From contig OZ024754.1 in NCBI GenBank assembly GCA_964016885.1, positions 6,324,001-6,388,000 of the forward strand: a DNA stretch of 64,000 nucleotides, given 5' to 3'. Below are positions 43,781 to 57,414 of this stretch, piece by piece (the first letter of the stretch is position 1; each line of letters begins with the position of its first letter). Made by a program: the position numbers and the translations under genes. The notes under the pieces are model-generated. The model did no database searches. It was not told the DNA's origin and was given only the letters and a program-made list of their open reading frames with translations. The stretch is from Eledone cirrhosa (taxonomy: Eukaryota).

Positions 43781-43785
<5 letters not shown>
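43577..43785 (-). mobile_element. Family Y short (TA)n-targeted fold-back element with partial HHR (stems II/III, GAAA, GUC)
   Basis: Recurring copies at ~6185, 6580, 15525, 16475, 21015, 38980, 43577, 48365, 56415, 57190, 57438, nearly all abutting (TA)n. Several have an inverted arm. Confidence 0.8.
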
Positions 43786-43836
<51 letters not shown>

Positions 43837-43910
43837 CATACATACATATATCTGTGTGTATGCATATATACTGTATATATATACTGTATATATATACTGT
43901 ATATAAATAT

Positions 43911-43943
<33 letters not shown>

Positions 43944-44374
43944 TACACACACACACGCACACACACACATACACACACACACACATATATATATATATAA
44001 CCAACCATTCTACCGCCTCAGATTCATTGGGTTTAATTTGATAGCTATTCCAGAGTAACCGGTCTTTATCCCGGTTAGCATGACATAGAATATGATGTTG
44101 AGGATATTGACCTCTGCTATCACTGTATGTCTATATAACTACTATCTAGTTAGTTATGAAAGCCTGTGTGTATATGTTTGTATGTAGTGGTCAACGGCAA
44201 CTGTACGATGAAACGCTGTCAAGTCTCCTCCATCCTGATCTTCCACCCACCCCACCTCTCCGACGAGCAGGATCCGCATATATCACGAAGGATATAATTA
44301 TTTACATTGTATAATCTGTCCCTGAAGATGAGGACAACGTCTTAATATCTTCTATGATTTGATCACGTTTGATG

Positions 44375-45025
44375 TTAGTGGTGTGTCTTTGTCCGAGATG
44401 TCAGTGGTGTGTCTTGAGCCGAGGTGTTAGTGGTGTGTATTGAGCCGAGATGTTAGTAGTGTGTTTTGAGCCAAGGTATTAGTGGTGTGTCTTGAGCTGA
44501 GATGTTAGTAGTGTCTTGAGCCGAGGTGTTAGTCGTGTGTCTTGAGCCGAAATGTTAGTAGTGTGTTTTGAGCCAAGGTATTAGTGGTGTGTCTTGAGCT
44601 GAGATGTTAGTAGTGTCTTGAGCCGAGGTGTTAGTGGTGTGTCTTGAGCCGAAATGTTAGTGGTGTGTCTTGAGCTGAGATGTTAGTAGTGTCTTGAGCC
44701 GAGGTGTTAGTCGTGTGTCTTGAGCCGAAATGTTAGTGGTGTGTTTTGAGCCAAGGTATTAGTGGTGTGTCTTGAGCTGAGATGTTAGTAGTGTCTTGAG
44801 CCGAGGTGTTAGTCGTGTGTCTTGAGCCGAGATGTTAGTAGTGTGTTTTGAGCCAAGGTATTAGTGGTGTGTCTTGAGCTGAGATGTTAGTAGTGTCTTG
44901 AGCCGAGGTATTAGTGGTGTGTCTTGAGCCTAAATGTTAGTGGTGTGTCTTGAGCCGAGGTATTAGTGGTGTGTCTTGAGCTGAGATATTACTGGTGTGT
45001 CTTGAGCCGAGATATTAGTGGTGTG
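44375..45025. repeat. 26-bp minisatellite with a 102-bp higher-order period
   Basis: Unit GTTAGTGGTGTGTCTTGAGCCGAGAT. Variant GTGTTTTGAGCCAAGGTATT at 44461, 44563, 44741, 44843. Confidence 0.9.
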
Positions 45026-45793
45026 AAGCTTTTCTTTAAAGAACTGGTTGAATTTAAACAACTTGTATTGAGAACTCCAACAAACATAAATACAAACATG
45101 CATTATATAAAGTCTCCGCTATTTTAATCATACAAGAACAGCTTCTATTGGTGTTACATGGCTTGGAATAAATAAATAATATTTGCTATAATATCCATCA
45201 TTTTAAGAAGCAGTTCACAAGAATTGAAGGCAAAGATGCCGAAGAAGTGTCGTAGCCTGCGTTGGAAAACATAAACCAAAATCTTTCTTTTTTTTCAGAT
45301 ATGTCGGCATCCGCGAATGAATCTTTAAGATGCATATGTTCCATTATTAAATAAATATAAAATACGATAAAATATTTAGCGATAATTAGAGAATAATCAG
45401 CTTAAAGATGATGTTTAGTCTATAACAAAACATATACTGTGTAAAGCCGATGTGGATCAATCCACGTGTTGTACAGTTAATGACATTAACTTCTTCATAG
45501 GTAAAATAAAACAAGGATCACTGTCAGAAGAACTAGAGTCATTGACAACTGAATCAACAGAACTTTTAATGAGGCTATATATATATTAATGTTAAGATTG
45601 GGAGGTTAAATAGGTTGATTTCAAAATGAAATATTGGAGATCAAGCAAACTCTATTGAATGGCATTTTTCATACATACATACATACATACATACATACAT
45701 ACATACATACATACATACATACATACATACACACATACATACATACATACACATACACGCATACACACATACATACATTGGCTCTTCGTCGAC

Positions 45794-45827
<34 letters not shown>

Positions 45828-45939
45828 TATTTCTTTATTAGCCACAGGGGCACAAAAGAAGGGGACAAATAGATTGATTGATAGATAGATAGATAACTAA
45901 TTCAAGAGATAGATAAATAGACAGACAGAGAAGACAAAC

Positions 45940-46041
<102 letters not shown>

Positions 46042-47169
46042 ATATCTTTTGATATTACTGGAAAAGCACAGTGGCTCTTATATAATTCTAATTATTATCG
46101 AAAATTACTGATTAAAAACAATATTATCGATAACTATTAGTGCAAACATGAAATAATAGCTCAACAAGATTATAGCAATTAGCAAAGATTCCTAATGACC
46201 CTTATAATGATTATGACTTAAAGTTGAATGACCTTTATATAGATCCAGTTATTAGCGAAGAATACCGATAACAGAAAATACCATACATGGCTTTTAGAAG
46301 AAGCACAGGATTATTAATATACAGGACTGCAGTTATTAACAAAAGCATCTAATGATCTTTCAATAATTATTACTGAAAAGTATAATAACTTTTATATGTA
46401 TGGATGTATGGACCCGATACTCCTGATGGAGTCGTAGAGTCACCGTATTGACATACGGCGCTTCTTGGGCACTTTTAAAGCCTGGCGGAGCCTATCTCTT
46501 TCCAGGCCTGAGTACAGCAGATTTCTTTCAGAGAAAGATAGAAAGTGAGAGAGAGGAAACGAGAAAGAGATATAGCAGAAGAATCGACCCCAGTACTAGA
46601 CTGGTACTTTTTTTTTTATTACCCTCAAAAGATAGAGAGAAAACGAGAAAGAGATATAGAAGAAGAATCGACCCCAGTACTAGACTGGTACTTTTTTTTT
46701 TATTACCCTCAAAAGATAGAGAGAAAACGAGAAAGAGATATAGAAGAAGAATCGACCCCAGTACTAGACTGGTACTTTTTTTTTTATTACCCTCAAAAGA
46801 TAAAGAGGAAACGAGAAAGAGATATAGAAGAAGAATCGACCCCAGTACTAGACTGGTGCTTTCTCTTATCGATCTCGAAATGATGAAAGGCAAAGTGGAC
46901 CTCGGCGAGATTTGAACTCAGAGAGCAGAAAGCTGGAATGAATACCATAAAGCATTCTATCCGACGTTCTAACGACTCTGTCAATTCACCTTGATCCTTA
47001 TATAGACCCAGCTATTAGCGAAGAACGCCGATTACAAACTGTTATGTCCTTATATATAAACGAATACACTGCAGCAGTGTAATAACAATATAATCGAAAC
47101 AAACGGCAATAACCACACGTAACGGAACAACAATCTTTTAAGAACCAACAATCCAACACACTAACTCGA

Positions 47170-47503
47170 ACTGTGAACTTGAACTCCAACTTTGACTATC
47201 AATACAGGAACTGTGGAACTAGTACCAACTTTGACTATCAACACACCAACTGTGGAACTAGTACCAACTTTGACTAACAACACACCAACTGTGGAACTAG
47301 TACCAACTTTGACTAACAACACACCAACTGTGGAATTAGTACCAACTTTGACTAACAACACACCAACTGTGGAACTAGTACCAACTTTGACTATCAACAC
47401 ACCAACTGTGGAACTAGTACCAAGTTCGACTATCAACACACGAACTGTGGAACTAGTACCAAGTTCGACTATCAACACACGAACTGTGGAACTAGTACCA
47501 ACT
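47170..47503. repeat. 39-bp minisatellite, ~8 copies
   Basis: Unit ACTGTGGAACTAGTACCAACTTTGACTATCAACACACCA. Confidence 0.95.
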
Positions 47504-48323
47504 TTTTCCACTTATTCAGGCCGCTACTATTTATATGTAGTGGTCCAGCCCATTCTCGCCAGGGGGGGGGGGGTCGGACTCTCGCCCAACACAAACGACA
47601 TCATAGATGGCTATTAGAAGAAACACGAAATTATTAACATACAAGATTATTATTAGCAAAGACTTCTAATGATCTTTACAATAATTATAATTATTTCCCC
47701 AAAGTACAACGACCTTTATATAGAGCCAACTTTTAATGAACATTACTGATTACAAACAAACGATGTTATAGATGGTTATTAGAAGAAACACGAAATTATT
47801 CGTTCCATTATTACAGTATGTTATCAAATAAATACAACAGTGTGTAGTAATATATCATTGTACTTGTTAACAGATGTTTTGTTGTATCATATCTCACGAC
47901 AGCATAACTGGGCATTCTAAAATATCTCTTACAAAAGTACAGTCACTAGAAGTTAATAAGATGTATTGATATATCACCCAACTCAGCTCAGCTCAGATAC
48001 CAGTAGTTTCATCTAATTACTTCTCCGCCATTGCTATAACTTTTAGTATTATTGGCCAGTAATGATTTTTTGTTTCTTCCCTTTCACCACAGATATTATT
48101 GATGGCACCTAATTACTATGCTAGCAGAGCTATTATTAAACTACACGTAAATTATTCTTATAGCATTACAGATATTAAAGAATATGCATAATTACTTCTA
48201 TATCATTACAGCTATTAGTGGGTACTGTTAACGATATCTTAATTACACCCATAATGACTGTTATATCATTACAATTTTTAGTGAAAACGTTTCATAGCAT
48301 ATCATATCATAGCACACATACAT

Positions 48324-48369
<46 letters not shown>

Positions 48370-51300
48370 AAGAAAGTGTGGTAGGAAACCAGGTGGACCA
48401 TTGGACCACAAAGCACTACAGTACGATACTTAGGGTAGCAGAGTGGGTAATAGGAAAAGAGTCAGGACCCCGACAGCTGAGCTCCCGCCGTTTCGACAGC
48501 TAGTTCGGATCTAGCTGTCGAAACGGCCGGAGCTCAGCCATCGGGGTCCTGACTGTTTTCTTGTATGTATGTATGTATGTATGTATGTATGTATGTCCCA
48601 TGGTCGGGTCGTTGGCGACTAAACTGGCAACCTCACCAAGGTTTATTGGTGAGGAGGGTGACTTTGGACATCCTGTAGGACTAAAAACAAAACCTGTCAA
48701 AGGGCAAAGGAGCTCTTAAGAGTCAATGGCCATCCAACATCACTGGGAGAGATGACCCCTTAGCCTTTGTCAAGGCAGAATTCTAGGAGAAGGAAAACTC
48801 TGATGGTATCCAATGATGTTGACTTGTTCTTCTTTTTGGTAAATATCATCTTGGTCAAAAGAGTGGGACTGGCTTTGTGCAGTGCCTTTGCTCACTATAA
48901 AAGCTTCACGGCACAGGCATTGCTTTATATCTGGAGATCTCTCTGCACTTGTTGTCACATGGTACCATGGGCCCAGCACTATGTGTCAATAATTGTCACA
49001 AATGTAGTGTTTGTACCAGAGTTTTCAAGTCACTGGCTGGACTAAAAAGTCACACTCGTTCAGCGCATCGGTAGAGGTTCTCCTACATGGATATAAAGTA
49101 GTGGCCGTACTCGAAAACGAGTTGGCAGCCACCATGTATGTATGTATTGACTTGTTTGAACAAGAAAAACAAAACTTAATACATGTATATAATGATAAAT
49201 ATATTACATCCATGATGATTTAAAGATGTACAAGTTACACAAGTGTCAAGAATTTCGTGCTTAAGGGCACTTTCCAAACTGCACTGTAGACTTCATCATT
49301 CTATGGTATTCTCCTGATATGACCTGGTAACTAAATCTGGCAATTGTAATTCTCTACAAAATCATTTCTTAGAAAAGAGCCGATCATTAGATCGAACCAA
49401 GAAAACTAAGTTTCAATTGGTATTTCCACTATTAATATTCTCTGTTGGTCATAACTCCTGGCAGAAGCTAGTTCTATGTTTGTATATCATCTGTATGATG
49501 TGGTGGAAAATATTCTATCAATATTGCTCAAAATGATGTTGGGATCACCTTTAAAAATCTAGCCAGCATGGCCTCAGCCGGATGGCTGGAACAGGTAAAA
49601 GAGTAACTCTTGGTACCCGTGATAAAAAGATACAAATTGTCCGCGCCCTGTCCCATATATATCGTTGTTAATGCCATCATATTGAACAGTTGTTCACAAT
49701 ATTTTTTATTACTAAGGGGTCCGGCGAGCTTTGAACTCAGAATGCAGAGAACTAGAATGAACACGAACACGAGAAAGCATTTTATCCGACGGGTACATTG
49801 TTACTGTTCACTACTAAGGAGTCTGGCGTGTTTTGAACTCAGAAAGCAGATAACTAGAATGAGCACGTACACGAGCACTTTCCAATTCGCCGGCTACGAT
49901 GTTACTGTTACGACTCTTCAAAACAATATCTTATTTTCTACAATCTTTTTCAGCTATAATAATTGCCTCTTCAATTAACTCAAGAACATTAAATCAATGG
50001 ATATGTCCTCCGCTCGACATCGATTAAAACTGGAAAATCAGGAAATGAAATACATTCTAAATCTTACCGAGAACTTCTGACATAAGAAAGCAAGACATAG
50101 ATCCTTGACCTGCCAGGGAGATCAGTGGCTCTGCTCCAATACCGACTTTGTCTATATAGACCCATCCAACCCTTGCTAGCAGGAAGTTTCATCAAATCTT
50201 TTGACTATAGAAAATATTCTCAGCTCAAATCCCACTAAGGCCAACTTTGACTTTCATTCTTCCAGAGTTGATTAAATGAAGTACTGGATATGTATTGGGG
50301 ATTAATATAACTGATTTTGATTTTTCCCTCCCCACAAATTGTTGGCCCGGTGCCGGGATTAGAAATAATTATTTATTTCTTGTAGCATTAAACAATGTTC
50401 CAACCTTGTGTTTAGTCAGATCTTATTGTGGCATTGTGCTTCTTTTTGAATGTCACATAAAAAGCATGTTTGTAAAAGAAAAAAAATGTTCTTTATTTCG
50501 TAAAGGCCGACGACACAGATTCTGCGATAAATTTGTCCTTGTACTTTAAAAGTTGTCATAAACACACTTTCCCTGATAATTTTTTCCCCTCTTGAAATGA
50601 TGTAATTTGAAAAATTACAATTGTAAGCATGTATCTATTTCAGAAGTGATGCCCAAAAGAAGACACATTCTAAATTCTGGAGACACAGTTATAGAAAAAT
50701 GAACTTTACCATTATACCAACTCCTATCTAGTGATTCGTCGTCCTACTTTCTGGCACCATACTTGTCACATGTTTTGTATATAGAGCCTAGGGATGCCAT
50801 TTTTCCAGTTGTATAATAATTATTATGATCACAATCAAACACAATACACCAGTATTGTATACCATTGTATTCGTCCATACTTTACTGAAGATTTTCTTTA
50901 CAAGATTCTGATTTTTTAAAATCTTATTTTTTAAAGTTACTTTTCACATTCATGTATTCCTTTTTTCTATCCTCTTTCTCCTATTTTACCGCATTTATTT
51001 TTCGTTTTTTTCATGTTCTTATATTGTTCTAAAAAAAAAAAATCTATAAAATTCTCCCCCTCCCCCATTCTCTGCAATCTTATTTATCTATTTTCATTAC
51101 TTTTTTTTATCCTCTTTTCTTCCTCTCATACCCGCTTTCTTCTGATACTTTCAAACTACTACGTCTTTCATTTTTTTTTCGAAATCACTTTTTTCCCTTC
51201 TCCTTTCCATTGTCTTGTGATGTTTCGTTTTCGCCTACATTTCTCTCGTGTTTATAATTATTTATAGAAAAGAGAGCATTGTAGTGACCTTTGTCAGTTT

Positions 51301-51610
51301 GTCTGGTCTAGTCTAATTATGAGAGTCAGGGTCCACGGACAATATCACCAATGTTCATCTATATGATGCTGTATGTCCATGATTCTCATCTGGAAAACAA
51401 AAAAACAATGATGTCGGCGGGTCTCGAATCCTTGTCTGGTGTCTGATCCTTACTCTGAAGTTGGTTACTGAGCCGCAGCTCATCTGCCTTCATTACAAGG
51501 ATAAAGTCGTTGGCCACATGAAAGGTTGTCATCAAGGGAACTAAGGAATCCCATCTACCTCGCTGTTGAAATCAGAGTGAACCTTTTCGAAGAAATAGAC
51601 AGACTGCCAA

Positions 51611-51644
<34 letters not shown>

Positions 51645-52226
51645 GTATGTGTGTGTGTGTGTGAGAAAGACCGAGAGAGGGATACAGGGAACAAAGATAG
51701 AAAGGGAGGAAGTGTGTGAGAGAGAGAGAGAGAGATAGGGAGAGATAGAGATAAGGCACTTAAAGTAGAGTGTGAAATATTGGTTTCTTATATAGGCACA
51801 AGGCCACCAATTTTTGGGGGAGGGGAAAGTCGATTAAATCGACGCCAGTGCGTGACTGGTACTTTATTTTATCGACCCCGTAAGGATAAAAGGCAAAGTT
51901 AACCTCGGCGGGATTTGAACTCAGATCATAAAGGGCCGTAACTCCATGTTGCAAACGCATAACGCCCGACCCTCGACTGATACATACTGCCACTCTAAAA
52001 TATTGAAATATAGAAGGGAGAGACAAATTACAAAAAAAGCCGAGATGGACTTATCTAGAATCAATCTAGAATCAATTATGAAAAAAAAAGAAGAAAAAAA
52101 GAAAAAATAATAATAACAAATAACGAAAACAAAACAACAATAGAAAAGTATTTTTACTAATAATCAATATATTTTTTTTTCATCACAAACACAAGATCGA
52201 AAATTTTGTGGAAATGTGGTGAAATA

Positions 52227-52305
52227 CAGTGTGCAGCAGAAAAAAATTTCCCATATTTTACACGGTCAACCATTAAAATATGGAAGGTATTTTTACCGCA
52301 CCCTG
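52227..52305. mobile_element. Tc1/mariner-type MITE
   Basis: Imperfect TIR CAGGGTGCGG..AAAA...TCCATATTTTA with TA on both sides. Confidence 0.65.
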
Positions 52306-52884
52306 TATATTTGTTCGTCTCCCCATCCACAAAATTTCGATTAGTGCTTTGAGCCAAACAGGGCGCTGCTACGTAGTTGTTCGACCTGCGAAAAATAGCA
52401 ACGAAGTCTCCACAAATTACGGAAACGACCACTCGGAAGGCCTCCACGTGGGTGGAGTTACGATTTTAAGAATACGATTGGGACTACATGGATGAGGAAA
52501 GCACGATCCAGAGAGAAATGGACGGCGTGCTGTGACCAGCGGCGCATAATGGACGTCCGACAGACTGGTCGGTCAAGGTGATCAAGGTGATTTTGAATAA
52601 GAAAGTAACATATTTTGATAGAGGTAGTCTCAATACTCATTAAGACTAATAGAGAGAAGTTTGGAGTGATTTTGGCTGGAATATTTTTGATCCGAGCTCT
52701 TCTCAATCACGGCTCATCTGCTGCTAAACAACAACCACAAAACTCGTATCGATTACATTTCCTCCATCGAACGATGAAGATAAAATTGACCTCGACTAGT
52801 TTAAAATTCAGAACGTAGATAAGTACCACAAGACCTCTCTATCAAACCTGTCATCCATCGCCTTTTGATGATGATGATGATAAT

Positions 52885-54502
52885 AATTTCTGATTTAGGC
52901 ACAAGGCCAGTAATTTGGGGAGAGGGGAAAGTCAATTAAATCGACCCCAGTACGTTACTGGTAGTTTATTTTATCGACCCCGTAAGGATGAATGGCAAAG
53001 TTAACCTAGGCGGGATTTTGATCTCAGACCGTAAAGAGCCATAACTCTATGCCACAAAGCATAGTGTCCGACGTTCTACCGATACTGCCAATCCACCACC
53101 CTTATAAATATAATAATAATAATAATGGTTTCTGATTTAGGCACAAGGCCATCAAGGAGGATTAAATGGAACCTTAATATTTTTTGCTGGTCCTTTATTT
53201 TATCGATCCCAGAAGGATGAAAGACAAAAGTTGACCCCCCCCCTCCCCGTGGTGGGATATGAACTCAGAATGTAAAGATCCTGAACAAAAATACAGAAAA
53301 GCATTTTGTCCGACTCTCATGATGATGGTGATGATGATGATGGTGATGATGATGATGATGGTTTCTATGGGTTTTGGGGTGTAGGGGAAACCACAGATTG
53401 AATCAGCACGCGTACATGACTGGTACTTACAATATAATATAATATATAATATATATCATGGAATGATGAAAGGCAAAGTCAAAGTGGGCAGGATCTCAAC
53501 TCGGAACGTAAAAAGGGCATAAATAAATACCGCTAGGCATTTAACAATATTATCATTAACAACAACACCAACAACACATCAACAACAAAACAGCAGCAAC
53601 AACAACAACAACAACGATGAAGAGTCGACTCAAGACGTACATAATTGAAATATTGGTTTCTGATTTAGATACAAGGCCAACCATTTTGAGGGAGAGGGGA
53701 AAATTGATGAAATCAACCCCAGTGCATTACTGGTACTTTATTTTATCAATCCCGTAAGGATGAAAGGCAAAGCTAACCTCGGCGGCATTTGAAATTAGAA
53801 CGTAAAGGACCGTAACTCTGTGCCATAAAGCATGGTGTCCGATACTCTACCGATACTGCCAATCCACCGCTCTAATAAATAATTGTTTCTACTTTAGGCA
53901 CAAGGCCAGCAAATACCCCAGTGCATTACTGGTACTTTATTTTATCGACCCCGTATGGATGAAAGGCAAAGTTAACCTCGGCGGGATTTGAACTCAGACT
54001 GTAAAGGGACGTAACTATACTAGAAAGCATGGCGTCCAACCCTCTACCGATACTGCCAATTCACCGCCCTAATAAATAATAATAATTGTTTCTACTTTTG
54101 GCACAAGGCCAGCAATTATCCCAGTACATTACTGGTACTTTATTTTATCGATCCCGTAAGGATGAAAGGCAAAGTTAACCTCGGCGGGATTTGAGCTCAG
54201 AACGTAAAGGGCCGTAACTATATGCTGCCAAACATGCTGTCCAATGCTCTACCGATACTGCCAATCCACCGCCCTAATAAATAATGGTTCCTTATATAGG
54301 CACAAGGTCAGCAATTTGGAGGGGAAGGGGGAAGTCGATTAAATCGACCCCCCAGTGCATCACTGGTACTTTATTTTATCGACCCTCGTAAGGATGAAAG
54401 GCAAAGTTAACTTCCGCGGAATTTGAAACCAGAACGTAAAGGGCCGTAACTCTATGTCATAAAACATGTCTGACGCTCTACTAATTTCTGTCAATCCACC
54501 GT
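52885..54502 (-). mobile_element. Head-to-tail cluster of ~7 family B SINEs
   Basis: Successive copies start at about 52885, 53125, 53360, 53655, 53880, 54083 and 54285, separated by (AAT)n/(GAT)n tails. Confidence 0.85.
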
Positions 54503-54639
54503 CTTTAATTGAAATATTAACAAACGCAACAGTAATATATCAATTTCCAAAACAAAAACAAAAACAAAATAACGAACAGAATAAATAAAATATTAAACAG
54601 TGTTTTACTCATTGTCTTTTTGTTGTAACTTGTTTTTTT

Positions 54640-54875
54640 TTTGTTTGACAATTTTTGTTTGACATCTTTTGTTTGACATCTTTTGTTTGACATCTTTTGT
54701 TTGACATCTTTTGTTTGACAATTTTTGTTTGACAATTTTTGTTTGACAATTTTTGTTTGACAATTTTTTGTTTGACATTTTTTGTTTGACATTTTTTGTT
54801 TGACATTTTTTGTTTGACAATCTTTGTTTGACATTTTTTGCTTGACAATCTTTGACATTTTTGTTTGACATTTTT
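54640..54875. repeat. 14/15-bp repeat (TTTTGTTTGACAT..) in the presumed guanylate cyclase 3'UTR
   Basis: About 16 TTTGACA-containing units directly downstream of the stop at 54929 (-). Confidence 0.9.
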
Positions 54876-54928
54876 TGGTTTGTTTGTTTTAATATTGCCG
54901 CTACAGTCGTCTAAAACATTCTTTAAGG

Positions 54929-55423
54929 TTAAATCAGAGAACATAAGCTACTATTTCTTTTTCCTGTTGGTGACGCAATCTTTTTAGACGTTCCATTAGC
55001 AGAAACGAAATCTGATTTATATAAGGACTCTGTCTTCTTATTTAACAAAGCACGTGACGCGCCATCCGCGCGAATGTCTGTATCATTTTCCTGCGTGCAT
55101 AGGTTGCACCGTGGACAAAACGACGGTGCATCAGATTTCCTTGAAATGCATAATTCCTGTTCGATGCGATCCGCACAACTAGAATGAGATGTTTCATAAC
55201 TCACTGGGGAATATTCTCTACAGTTTTCATCACGTATTAACTTCGGTTCTGCCAAGTCATTTATAATATTATTTGTAACAGCCGGAGATAGAGGCTGTTT
55301 CGTTTCCTCTTGTGCCGGCTTATAGTTCACGCTAGATGACTTTTTTATTCTGATTTTCGTAATCGACTGACTGATAATTGGCGTCTTTGAATTCAACCAG
55401 TAGCTTTTCATTTCGCCTTTACC
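54929..55423 (-). CDS. Terminal exon of a guanylate cyclase (soluble/atypical beta-2-like), ending in CaaX (CSLI*)
   Basis: Acceptor tttttcacag|GGTAAAGGC gives GKGEMKSYWL, the conserved end of the class III cyclase domain (KGKG.M.TYWL). 164 aa open to stop. Upstream exons not found in this window. Confidence 0.85.
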   Translation of the reverse strand, partial: GKGEMKSYWLNSKTPIISQSITKIRIKKSSSVNYKPAQEETKQPLSPAVTNNIINDLAEPKLIRDENCREYSPVSYETSHSSCADRIEQELCISRKSDAPSFCPRCNLCTQENDTDIRADGASRALLNKKTESLYKSDFVSANGTSKKIASPTGKRNSSLCSLI

Positions 55424-56596
55424 CTGTGAAAAAGACAAAATTTAATAAATGTCTATTTCATGAGATTTATATGATAAACATACCAAACCGGTACTAAATT
55501 ACGGTTTTATATACAACATATAGAGCTAATATGATACTACTACTACTACTACTACTGGCACTAAATTACAGACTTATATACAGTATATAGAGCCAATATA
55601 CTACTACTATTACTACTACTGGCACTAAATTAAGGACTTATATTCAGTACATATAGAGCTAATATACTACTATTACTACTACTACTAAAATTATAATAGT
55701 AAGATTTTATTATACATTATTTTATATCATACAATTTAAATATATGAATTAATTTTAAAAATAAAAATTATGGAGACGTAGCAAGATCGTTAAATATCAT
55801 TAAATTAGACATAAAATGAAATAAAATGACGATGAATTGGTGGAATTTTTAAAGAAACAAATGTGATATTTTTTAGCATCTGTTCCAGTTCTGTTTGTTC
55901 TGAGTTCAAATCCCGTCTACAGCCACTATCAAAGCCGTGACGTTTCTGCCAGAAGTTGTGACCAATAGATAGTTTCAGTAATGGAAAGACCAATGGAAAT
56001 ATTGTTTCCTTCGTCCGATCTGACCGTCGGCTCTGTTCTTTTATAATATGGCTCTTGAACTCCTTTGATTATTAATCTTCAGTTCGATCAGGATAAACTG
56101 GGGTAGGGGGGAGGTCTGATCCTGATGATTATATCATAATCATGATCATCATCACGATTATTTTCACCACCATCACCACCGATAGAGAAGAGTGTGATCC
56201 AAAGGCATGCATGTATGTAAATGTGTGTCTGAGTGCATCTGTGTGTGTGTGTGTGTGTGTAAATGTGAGTGAGTGAGTATGTGTGTGTGAGTGAGTGAGT
56301 GTGTGAGTGCGTGTGTGTGAGAGAGGGTGTATGAGTGATATGTAAGATTGTGTGTGAGAAATATAAATTGATGTCCGAGTAAAACAAAACATACACACAT
56401 GTGTGTGCGTGTGTCAGATAGGGTGTGGCAAAAACCAGGTAGACCATAACCCACCAGAGTACTCGATGCTTGGGGTAGTATGAAAAAGATTCAGGACCCT
56501 GACGGCTGAGCTCCAACCGTTTCGATATATATATATATATATAGTTAAAGAATGCAGAGTAACATGGTTGGCTGTTCAATAAGGTCTTTATTTAAA

Positions 56597-56707
56597 GTAC
56601 TGACAACTGTTTCGTTGATCAGGTGAGTCTAGAGTTCGCCAATCGCTTGAGGTTGCGTCATTCGATCTCCAATACATTATTTACCTCTGGGCAACACATC
56701 AGAGTGC
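56597..56707 (-). ncRNA. Variant hammerhead motif (CUGAUGU core, long stem II insert)
   Basis: GCACU CUGAUGU GUUG-(74 nt)-CAAC GAAA CAGUUG UC^ AGUAC followed by AAUAAA, in a (TA)n-flanked island 56540-56870. Confidence 0.55.
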
Positions 56708-56866
56708 GTAGATATGAAAGTAATTCACTCGAGGCAAGACTTATATAGAAAAATAGCGTATAATCAAAACAATAACATCAATAATAAAATATTTATGGTA
56801 AAACTATCCACGACGCGGAGTGCTCACAACCTCTAACTGGATTACCTATAACGATAACTTGTTATC

Positions 56867-56923
<57 letters not shown>

Positions 56924-57354
56924 AAATTATACACAATTAAAATTCGTCACGAATATACATAACATCCCAATGAAAAGTTTTCTTTAAGACATCTTATTTA
57001 CAGAAGCAAACATATACATAGAACATCTTATACATGAACGGGTCGATAAAATATCGTTCCCTTCGGATATATAAAACCAGGCACCTTATATTTAAGTTGC
57101 TTGAAATTTTATATGTTCCAAGAGAACGTCAGTGATATGTATAAGATACACACACACATACACACTCTCTCTCTCTCTCTATATATATAACGAAGGAAAT
57201 GTGGTAAGGAACCAGGTGGACCATAACGCACCAAAGTACTCAATACTTAGGGTAGTAGAGTGGGTAATAGGAACGTTTCGACGGCTAATTCTGGACTCAG
57301 TCCAGAATTAGCCGACGAAACGGCTTGAGCTCAGCCGTCGGGGTCCTACTCGTT

Positions 57355-57414
<60 letters not shown>

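Noticed and set aside
44322-44345. CTGAAGA hammerhead-like core (also CTGATGA at 1993)
   Set aside because: No stem II plus GAAA downstream.
47161-47617. 13-aa repeat ORFs on both strands
   Set aside because: 39-bp minisatellite that lacks stops; no splice signals or flanking coding sequence.
57040-57090. Candidate penultimate cyclase exon (GFIYPKGTI)
   Set aside because: Lacks the expected RG...VK end with a phase-0 donor.
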